The notes under the pieces: generated by a model
Told to the model about the DNA's origin: nothing
The model's database searches: none
The model's input: the letters and a program-made list of their open reading frames with translations, nothing else
Position numbers and translations under genes: made by a program
Shown: positions 25,001 to 34,159 of the stretch, in pieces
How the letters are laid out: the number at the start of each line of letters is the position of its first letter
Position numbering within the stretch: the first letter of the stretch is position 1
From: Macrostomum lignano
Lineage: Eukaryota
Assembly: GCA_002269645.1 (NCBI GenBank)
Contig: NIVC01000941.1
Span: 1-64,000, forward strand
Direction: 5' to 3'
Length of the DNA: 64,000 nucleotides

Positions 25001-26690
25001 AAGCCAAGCTCTCGGATTTTCATTCTAATTCTGTGGTTCGCCTCCCTGATGTACTGCACAACGTACGGCACTAATTACTTTTTCCTTCTGATTCGCACCA
25101 ACCCGAACCTACCGTTCACGAACATGCAAGGCCTGTACGATGAGAGAGACAACTACGAACTGCTGATGGTTCAGAACAGCACGGAGTACGCTTTGATGCG
25201 AGCGCAGAACTCCAGCTCTGTGTACTGGAAATTGGCCGCGTCCCCGCCAACTTTCGTCCCCAGCATCGAAGCGGCTGCCAACATAGTAAAGAACTCGACC
25301 CTGCCAGGTCGGAAGAAGCCGATCTACATCGGCGATGAGCTCTCGGTGAATTATTACGCGGCTGGCGTCTGCGAATTAAAATCCGCCGGCAAGGGGGAGC
25401 TCTCCCGGAGTATGCACATCGTGCTCAGCAGCTCTTTGGACAAGAATCTCATTAGTAACATCAATAACCGCATCCAGGAGCTCAGCGACCGAGGCGAGCT
25501 AGAGCAGATAAAAAATAAGTAAGTAAATTGATGGATAGTTACAATCAAAGCTGATAGCGTGTCGCTCCCGACCTTCGTAATTGTGCTAAGTTACTACCGG
25601 CCTACCGGCACTTTTGTGACCTGAGCTACAAAATTTTGAACCCATTGATGTTGATAAATGGAGAAGCTTTCGAACCGACACGAATTCAATCGCTCCTTTT
25701 CAGTTACTGGTCCGTGCTGCTCTGCTCAGCTAGTGAGAACCTGATCACCTATTCCGAGCTAACAGAGGTGACAATCGACCAAGTTGCGGGCATCTTCATG
25801 GTGCTTGCGGGCGCTTTTGTCCTGTCATTCCTCGTAGTAGCAATGGAGTACATTGGCTACATAATCGGGCTTCAGGTTCAGCGAACTGTAAGCTGCCATT
25901 ACTGAATGCTTTTTTATTGCTTCATGGCAATTACATTTCTGATTGCTTCCCTCGGATAGTCTTACTACCCACACTACCCAGGGGCTGTAGCCTAGTGGTT
26001 AGAGCGTCGGACTCGCGACTGAAAGGTCTGGGGTTCGATTCTCGATCCCACTTGGAATAATTTGTGTCCTTGAGCAAGACTTTAACTCTTCATTGCTTCA
26101 GTTCACCCAGCTGTAAAATGGGTGCCAGCATTAGCTAGGGTAACTGAGGGTGTGTGGCGACACCCCAGTCCTTGTACTGAACAGCCGTACGCAGCCTTCA
26201 GATGCGCCGCGCAATAGCTGCGGCTGAGCTATCGGTTGCACATCTGCTGATTGGTGCAGGTGTAATCAATTATTGTTATGTCACTACCCATGCTACTTTG
26301 TAAGTAGCATATTGTGTAAATAGTATGATGTCACAGCAACGTTTTACTCTGGCAGAGAGCCGACCCGGACTTGGAATTCAACAAGGCCTACCGCGCCCTC
26401 GTCACCAGCATCACCCCGACCGGAGTCTACGTGAAGCTGCACGGCGAGAAGGAGTTCATACCGAATCAGATGCTGTCCCCAGATGCGTCCAAGGTGAGGC
26501 CTTATGCTCGCATGCTATATTTGGGCTTGAATCCAAAATTTGCAGACTGCTTACCAACTCTTTAAACAATCACACAATTGCAGGGCATGACAGCCTCGGA
26601 TCTGCAGATTTCATGCGGCTCTTGATCGAGATCACCTACCTGGGCAACGATCCCGCCGAAGGCTACCGAATCTTCCACAGGCGTGGCTGA
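16059..26690 (+). CDS. Divergent ionotropic glutamate receptor-family subunit with a C-terminal PNPase-type S1 domain
   Basis: Exons 16059-16137 (signal peptide MPGRASALFLIVASLWGACSA), 16228-16368, 16620-16892, 17532-17713, 18213-18266, 18355-18546, 19270-19386, 19806-19901, 23713-23856, 24668-25518, 25704-25887, 26356-26493, 26584-26690. All GT-AG with matching phases; about 852 aa if a 1-nt gap near 26621 is corrected. iGluR hallmarks: GYSISVLEKISKDLFTY (S1 lobe), FLSPLYPLTWNVW (pre-M1/M1), RIFILILWFASLMYCTTYGTN (M3), LBD cysteines (GVCEL..LLCS), VAGIFMVLAGAFVLSFLVVAMEY (M4). AATAAA at 26706-26711. Confidence 0.88.
16957..17497 (+). repeat. 55-bp minisatellite, ~10 copies, iGluR intron 3
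   Basis: Unit AACTAAAAATCAAAGCATTGTACCTCAAGCTAAGTGCAGGGTCTTTTCTACTCAC, with one truncated unit near 17420. Confidence 0.95.
18624..19081. mobile_element. Foldback/MITE-like element with long imperfect inverted repeats
   Basis: AAACTACGGTCCTTGGAAA (18656-18674) is the exact reverse complement of 19029-19047. Inverted similarity continues inward for about 100 bp; the spacer is AT-rich with no ORF. Confidence 0.75.
20230..21515 (+). repeat. CT-rich low-complexity tract
   Basis: About 1.3 kb of degenerate (CTCT/CTCTC)n. The overlapping Leu/Ser-rich ORFs are compositional artefacts. Confidence 0.95.
22337..23168. mobile_element. Nested non-autonomous DNA elements: ATCCCGGGAT-rich element interrupted by a 261-bp MITE
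   Basis: 22337-22556 starts TAGGGATTCC, ends GGAATCCTA and is packed with palindromic ATCCCGGGAT motifs; the motif block recurs at about 23095-23168. An inner element at 22616-22876 has perfect 14-bp TIRs AGGGCCTTTTCATA / TATGAAAAGGCCCT. Confidence 0.7.
25981..26280 (+). mobile_element. tRNA-derived SINE with CORE-like central domain (copy 1)
   Basis: A-box-like TAGCCTAGTGG, B-box GGTTCGATTC (26032-26041), then TGTGTCCTTGAGCAAGAC..TTAACTC..GCTTCAGTT..CAGCTGTAAAATGGG, resembling the MIR CORE consensus. Homologous copies at 35267-35590 and 59122-59418. Confidence 0.85.
26356..26690 (+). CDS. S1 (OB-fold) RNA-binding domain exons, PNPT1-like
   Basis: DPDLEFNKAYRALVTSITPTGVYVKL...NQML...DLQISCGS[1-nt shift]LIEITYLGNDPAEGYRIFHRRG* aligns by eye with the recalled PNPT1 S1 sequence [23 protein letters not shown]...HNTQL...[29 protein letters not shown]. 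As assembled, frame 0 stops at TGA 26623-26625. Confidence 0.8.
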
Positions 26691-27169
26691 GACACTCGGG
26701 CGCTGAATAAAGTTGCTGCTATTGCAAACGGTTGTTGACGTTGAGGACTGAATTGAGGTGCACTTTTAAAACTCATATGATCTCAAATGTAGTATTTATT
26801 CAGCAAAAGTATCATCTTTGATACCTTTGTTACCAATATTTACTGATGATTAAGAGCGTACTATCGGTAACAAGTATTTATTAACGCTCATATTAATGCA
26901 AAACTGGTCAATAAAATATTCTTCACTATATATCATGCTACTATGCCAATATATTATAAAAACAGGCTGTTCGTATGAACTTTCCATGCGGTGAATCCGC
27001 TATGCCGGATAGAGTATGCACAAATGAATTTGAGTTGTATAAACAGAGCGTTCACTGCACTAGATTCAAGTCGAACGGTTAGTGGATGCCGTACTTAAAG
27101 CTATGAGCATATGCCAACGGCCCCGAAATACTTCGTACGGCTCGTATTTTGCCTTTAAAGCTCTCTTCG

Positions 27170-28420
27170 CAGTGTTGGGCACTTCCGTTACCGAGTAACT
27201 TGTAAATGGTAACGCAAGTTACTTTTTCGTAAAGCGTTCCTTACGCAAGTTACTTTCCTATTTTGGTAACGGAGTAACGGTAAGTTACTCAAATTTCGGA
27301 AGTCCGTTACAGTTACTTTGCAACAATCGCAATATTTAAATTTAAAACTGATATGCTTAGCTATTACTCCAGTTGTCACATTTTTAGCATTTTTCATTCC
27401 TAAATTCAAAACTAAGTGAATAATATCATACGGTATTACGCTGTAATTAATAAAGAAATACTTGAAACATGTTTTTACTTTGTTATTTTCGGTAAAATAT
27501 TTTTGCTTTTTGTTTTTAAGTTAATAAAAATATTTTGTTTAGTTCTTAGAAACAAACAACCAAAGAAAGAAATTCATCTGTAGTCTCCACAAATCCACTC
27601 AGTGATCGACGTAGCCAGGAATTTTAATTGGGGGGGGGGGGGCGTTGGCCTGGCTGGCCATGCCTCATGCCATTGCCACTTTTAGCGCCGCAGGCACTCA
27701 TTTAAGCGCCGCAAGCACTCATTTAAGCGCCGCAGGCACTCATTTAAGCGCCGCAGGCACTCAATCGCCTCATGGTTTTTGGTACCCGCCACGCCCAACC
27801 CCACCCCCCCAGGTGGGGTGTCTTGCAGGTGGGGTGAAGTTGCCGCCCCAACGATTGTTAAGGCGGCCTCCCTGGCTACACCACTAAAGTCCACTGGCAC
27901 TGCACTGCACTGCACAATAATTTAATATTATGATAAATTGAAAATAAATAAAAAGACTAGTAAAGCAGACTATAGAGTGGAGTAAAGCCAGGTACTTATT
28001 ACGAGCGATGTATTATCAAGGACAACTGAAGTTACGTTAAGTTGTCCTTGTGTATTATAACTTATAATGTTATTAAAAATTAAATTGCGTTTTGCCTTTA
28101 ACGTTTCTGACCTTCAGCTTCTCTTCTTTTACGGAAAGGGCCTAAAGTGATTAAAATTTAATACAGTTACTGAAATTAATGTTGTTTTATTCTTCCTCCT
28201 GGCTTTCGCGATCATTTGTGCTGTTCCAGCGCATTTGCAATGTTAAAAAAGCAGAAAATTTTGTTAATAACATAGGTAACGGAAGTAAGTAACGGAAGTA
28301 ACTTAAAAGTTACCGGGTTTTTGTATAAAGTTACTAGGCTAACGTAAGTTACTTTTTAAAAAGTGGTAACTTAAGTTACAGTAACGCAAGTTACTTTTTT
28401 GAGTAACTTGCCCAACACTG
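27170..28420. mobile_element. Non-autonomous hAT transposon
   Basis: TIRs CAGTGTTGGGCA (27170-27181) / TGCCCAACACTG (28409-28420). Perfect 8-bp TSD TCTCTTCG (27162-27169, 28421-28428). Subterminal GTAAC/GTTAC motif clusters; no transposase ORF. Confidence 0.92.
27600..27885. mobile_element. Small TIR element nested in the hAT, carrying a 21-bp tandem repeat
   Basis: Ends CAGTGATCGACGTAGCCAGG / CCTGGCTACACCACT are imperfectly inverted. Poly-G run; about 4 copies of CACTCATTTAAGCGCCGCAGG at ~27682-27764. Confidence 0.6.
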
Positions 28421-29589
28421 TCTCTTCGACTCCGCACAAGTTAATCTTTCCTACGATTGAATGACAAAAGATCTTGCATCGAAAGTTTACGTTGCATTCG
28501 AAAATCGGCCCAATGCTTCCCAACGAAAACCTTCGCTGCAAAGTTTTCACAGGCTTAGGTATTTACATAAGGTATGTTTCAACCATGTTTCCTTATACTG
28601 CCACCCTTGCTTCTCGTAAAATCGAAACAGTCACTGCAGAGGCGGAGTCTCCGTGCAGACTTAAGGCTGACACGCCCAGACACTGGGAGCAGTAGAAGCA
28701 TGCGGCAGAGACAGCAGCTGCCATGTAGTGAAACAAGCCCCGTGTCGACCCCACTTCACTTTGCGTCGCTCCTGCAATTATGTCCCCCACCCCACCTCTA
28801 AAGTCAATTGTTGGGCCTACGCTCTGACTTAACTCTTTAGCTGAAATGATTTTGCCGAGAGCCTCTGAATTGCGTCTAGCTGGACTGGAAATCTTGGAAG
28901 CAGCCTCGCGATCCTCTGACTCTGTGGGCGTCAGCGTCAGCGTCTGGCAAACTTCTTTTGTAACAAAAGATGTTGGGGGGAGCCAGCATGAAAGCAAGGT
29001 ATGCGAGGTGTTTTCTGAATGACAGCAGGTTGGAAGCTCTGCTTGGTTGCTTTAGAAAGTAGATTTCAATGTTGAACAGCAATACTTTACGTGTACTTAC
29101 TGAATGAGAGGCTACGGTTGCAAGTGAAAAGGGGAGCGAGAGACACACAGAGAGAAATATATCAATCGAGAAGATAGTAGCAAGCCAAGATAAGTGCGAA
29201 AATGGGACAAACAGACGAAGAAGAAAGGGAGAACAAGCAAGGAAAAATATAGGGAAGGATTTAAGGCCGCATGCGAGTGGAGCACGTCATTCATGCATGC
29301 TGCCTGTGCTCTGTAAAACAAGGAAAGGACAGGAATGCTAGAAAGAAACAAGAACAAGACAGGAGGCCCGGACCCCGCCCCTTTCATTGGCAGTCAGCAG
29401 AGCTGTCCAATCGCCGTTTCCCATGCTTGGTAGCGCCTGCAGTAGGGAAACCAGCGCCTTTGCTCGACAGCTGCTTGCCTGCCTCCGGTTAGCTTTATTT
29501 CTCGCCCGTCTCTCGCAGGCTACTGATAGACCGCGTAAGTATTGAATCGGAAAAGCTTCTTGGTCCTCGGCATCTTCAGCACCTGCACG

Positions 29590-32500
29590 ATGTGGTCTTC
29601 CGTTGCCATGGCAACCCCTGGTCAGGGTATGACGCTACCGATGCAGCGAAACGACAGCAACGTGTCGACAGGAACGGTTGCGTTACCGGCGGGTGACAAC
29701 GTAACTGCGCTGGCATTTCAAGCCCGCTACGGGTATTTGCACATCGTTCTGACCAGCTGCATCCTGGGAGTCATCATTCTGTGCACCATAATTGGCAACG
29801 TGTTTGTAGTGGCGGCTATTATCCTGGAGAAGAACTTGCAGGTAAGGTCTGACTCCCCGACTTGTTCAATGCATCGATATTTTGAAGACAGGGTATTCCA
29901 AAGTTTATAAGCGCTAAGTTGTACGTAGCCATTCATTTTCAAGGGTGGAACTGCTTGACTGGCATTGTATTGATTTTTCTGACACTGATTCTTTTAAGTA
30001 CTTCTGGTCTGTTGAAACTCTTTACAGGGTATGGACGTCTCAGGGTGTGTTGAAAAACTGTTAAAGCTTTGAGCTCTACAGCAAATAGACTACGTCAAAT
30101 ATTCAAAATATACTCCTATTTTACTTATAATGCGGTAGAAAAAGCGAATTTCTCCCCTGTAATTCGTCAAACATGGTGTATAGAAAGTTTCTCCCATACA
30201 CGTACAACTACAACTACAAAATACAACAAATAGCAAAAATATGCTCTCATCAGTAGGTCTGAAAACAGCCCTGAAATGACAGTCAGTCAGAAACCCTTGC
30301 TACTGCTACATCCTCGGTTTCAAATGCATAATGAGAAGGCATTTTTGGTGAAAATTGGAGAAAAACTCTTGAAAAGTGGTCCAAAATTGCCCGGGTTGTG
30401 AAAGCTTCTCGAACTTCTTCAGAGTTTTCCAAATCACGTTGTGCTTATTCTTGCGATAGCCAGTTTGCATCAGTTCAGAGGATTTAACCTTGTGTAGAGA
30501 ATATTGCAAGACTTGAGCTTTCATTTATTTACGATAAAATTATTAAAGAAACATAAGCCACGAGTTTCTTTGTGATCGCGTGAGGAGTACAATTTCTGCT
30601 CCAAAAATAAATTTGCTCTATCTGAGCAACTCGACTCCTTTGTGCTTTTCGGTTCACTACTCCATTGCTCATGTGAGCACTTGAAGCGAGCAATGGACTG
30701 CACGCGGAAGTCTTCATTGATATAGCTTGAACTCTAACGATGGGAAAGCATGGCATCATAAATGATGGCCCTCTTGAGATCCGAAAAGCATGACAATCAA
30801 GCAACGGGGCGTCACTTGCAGTATAAAAATGTTTTCACGCCAATTTCGCATCCTTCTTCGCTGCCCAGCCTTTGCTTGTCTCACCGGCTCATGAGCACTT
30901 GTCTAATCTTTGCTTGGCTCACCTGGCTCATGAGCACTTGTCTAATCTTTGCTTGCCTCATCGGCTCATGAGCACTTGTCTAATCTTTGCTTGTCTCACC
31001 GGCTCATGAGCACTTGTCTAATCTTTGCTTGTCTCACCTGGCTCATGACCACTTGTCTAATCTTTGCTTGTCTCACCTGGCTCATGACCACTTGTCTAAT
31101 CTTTGCTTGTCTCACTGTCTCATGACCACTTGTCTAATCTTTGCTTGTCTCACCTGGCTCATGAGAACTTGTCTAATCTTTGCTTGTCTCACCTGGCTCA
31201 TGACCACTTGTCTAATCTTTGCTTGTCTCACCTGGCTCATGACCACTTGTCTAATCTTTGCTTGTCTCACCTGGCTCATGACCACTTGTCTAATCTTTGC
31301 TTGTCTCACCTGGCTCATGACCACTTGTCTAATCTTTGCTTGTCTCACCTGGCTCATGAGCACTTGTGTAAATGGGGAAACCCGGTGGTGAACCTCTGGC
31401 CTCAGCTCAGAATTGTGCAATTTCTCACCGAGAGAAGGCATTTTCAGCCTCCCTCTGGTGATCGGAGTACCGTTTCACTTTTTCGTCAACTGCTACTCAA
31501 AACAGCCTCCGTTCCCACCTGAACTCAGAGTTCTGCCAGTCCAGCATGCAATGCTGTGAGAAGGAGGAAGAAAGGAAAGGTGGAGAGCAAGAGAAGAGAT
31601 GGAGAGTATTCCGATGCGGCAGTAAATTGGCTGATGCTTGATGAATAATTGAGAATCTAATCGGTATCCAGCCTGCTTCACCCATTCTTCTGCCCATCTG
31701 TGCTTCGGTTTTAACTTCAACTTGGTCCTTCCTACCTAGCAACCTTGCTTGCGATCGCGACTGGCTCGCTGTTGATCTTTACGAGTATGCCTCCTTGCGA
31801 CGGTAACTGGACCAGACTTTGACGGATTATACACAATAAAATCACGCGCTCGTAAAAATCAATCGACTTCTACGAGTCACAAAACGTCATTTCTTGAGCT
31901 GTGACTCGCTGCAAACAGGAAGCAGTAGATTTAACAGGCCCGCAGTTGGCTGAAGAGGCTTCGCGAGGGAGGAACACTCCGCCGGATTGCAGTTTTTCCT
32001 TCTCAGCAAGATGCCATTGCATTGTACCCAACCTGCAATATTTTTGCGCAAGAAACTGCAAAATTTAGCCGGTTTACTTCTTGCTGTGCAGCTTGGAGAC
32101 AAGACGCGGCACTTTTACGCCATGCCTTCAGATGCACTTCCAAGCCTCTACTACGCTCGTACACGTTTAGACTTAGTAAAAGTCATATAAAAAGAAAAGA
32201 AAGGCATAAAAGTGGTCATAAAATCAACCGTTAGCTTTAAATTGGGACTGGTGCAAAGAACCTACGGTCCAGATGGTTGCGATGCTTCCATCGGCCCGGC
32301 GGCCTTCGCAGCCGATCAAAACGATCCCCCGTTTGTGTGTAAGGAGATGAAAAAGAAAGCCGATTAAACCCTGCCTGTCCATTTGCTTTTTTGACTTGGC
32401 GGCGGAATCCGCAGTTCTGGCAGAGAACTGTTCAGCTAAAACTACTCAGTAATTCGAAAATCTTCTTTGGTGGCAGCATCCGTAAAGGACATGGCTACCA

Positions 32501-34121
32501 TCTGCATTTCAATCTATTGAGACTGGAATTTTAGTTACTGAAGCAGAAGAGGAAAAAATGGCAGCGAGTACAAAAATTGGCGAGTTTGGTGTGGCCAAAC
32601 CGGATTAATAATAGGAAGCCTACGAAGAGCGACTTAAGCAATTCCTCGTCGTGAATAAAGTGACTGAAGCGAGCGAGCCTGATCACTGTGATAGCCAATG
32701 ACTGATATCAATTGCTACGCAGCTTGCTATCGCCTGCTTGCTATGGATGTGGCTTACGAAGATCAAGTAAAGATGCTGAGGGAACACTTTAGCCAAGGGG
32801 TCGGCCAAACCCCGGCCCGCTCGAGGTTTTTGTCTCTTCTCAGATTTCCTCCATTTTTTCTCCTCTCCTCCCCTCTCCTCTCCTTTATTCCCTCGCATCT
32901 CCTTTCTCCTATCTCTCTACTCTATTCTCTCTTCTCAATTCCCTCTCCTCTCTGCCCTCCCCTGGTCAGCAGTCATGCACTAGGTTCCCTATCTGGCCCG
33001 TGAAAAAAGAAAAGTTTGCCGACCCCTGCTTTCGCTCGAAGCCGAAGATTTTCGTCAGATCCGACATGAATGAGAAACAGTGAGTGACTTTGTTGCAAGT
33101 CTGCGGAGTTTGACAGCCACTTGCGACCACGAAAACTTTCTGAAAGACGGGTTCGTCGTTGGCCTCAGGAACAGGCTCATCAAGCGGCGTTGGCTACAGG
33201 AAGAGAAGCTGACCCTGGCATGCGCACTAACGTTAGCGACTGCGATGGAAGCAGCAGAGCGAGATGTCGTGACTATCGCCTCCTCCAGAAACTTGTCGGT
33301 CATGGTGTCAATTTCTCGAAAGAAACTAACAAATAATCTACTTCAGTGCAACATGGGAAAAGGAGCCGCATCCAAGATGGACTCCGCCCCATCAGTATAT
33401 CATCAAATTCAAAAGAACAAAGGATCATTCAAATGCTGACGCACTTTCGCGTCTATCAGTGCCTTGTGTCTTGGAGGTCAGGCTAGAACTGCTACCAGTG
33501 AATACAGAAAAGATGCAAATCGAAACGAAGATTCACAGCTTCAGATAGTTGTTCGATACTATCAAAATGGTTGGCCAGAAACCTGTGAGCAAGAGTTGGA
33601 ACAGTACTTCAGGAAGCGGAACGAGTTGTGCATTGAGCATACTTTGGGGAGTACGAGTCATTATTCCAAGGAGCGTACAACAGATCGTGTTAGAACTGCT
33701 TCATGGTAGACATCCAAGAATCTTTGCAAAGAAATCCATTGCTAGACTGTATGCATGGCTCCCAGGAATCGACAAGGCCATAGAAGCCCTATTCCGTAGT
33801 TTTGAAGGCTGTCAGCTGCAAAGGAATTTGCAATAGCCATGAAAGAGAAATGGTATTGACGACTATACTTTCGACAATTGGCTTGTTTCAGCTCAATTTA
33901 TAATCAATGTCAAATTCACTTGAGCACGTTGTTTATTGTTTTTTTCCAGTATAATTTTGTCAATAAAACGCTCAAACACTCTAAGGACTTTTTTAAGGAC
34001 TTTTTCGTAATTATATAAGAAACTGAGAAAATTTGCAGAACCCCAATTCCGAAAATTCATCGGGATCCCGATCCCGAACCCCGACCTAACCCGAACCCTG
34101 AGCACTCCTGCTCTAGACTTT

Positions 34122-34159
<38 letters not shown>

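Noticed and set aside
25981-26055. tRNA gene
   Set aside because: The tRNA-like head is fused to a conserved 230-bp body present in three dispersed copies, and the stems are imperfect. This is a SINE.
28593-28997. 134-aa minus-strand ORF between the iGluR-like and 5-HT1 genes
   Set aside because: No recognisable domain or supported splice structure.
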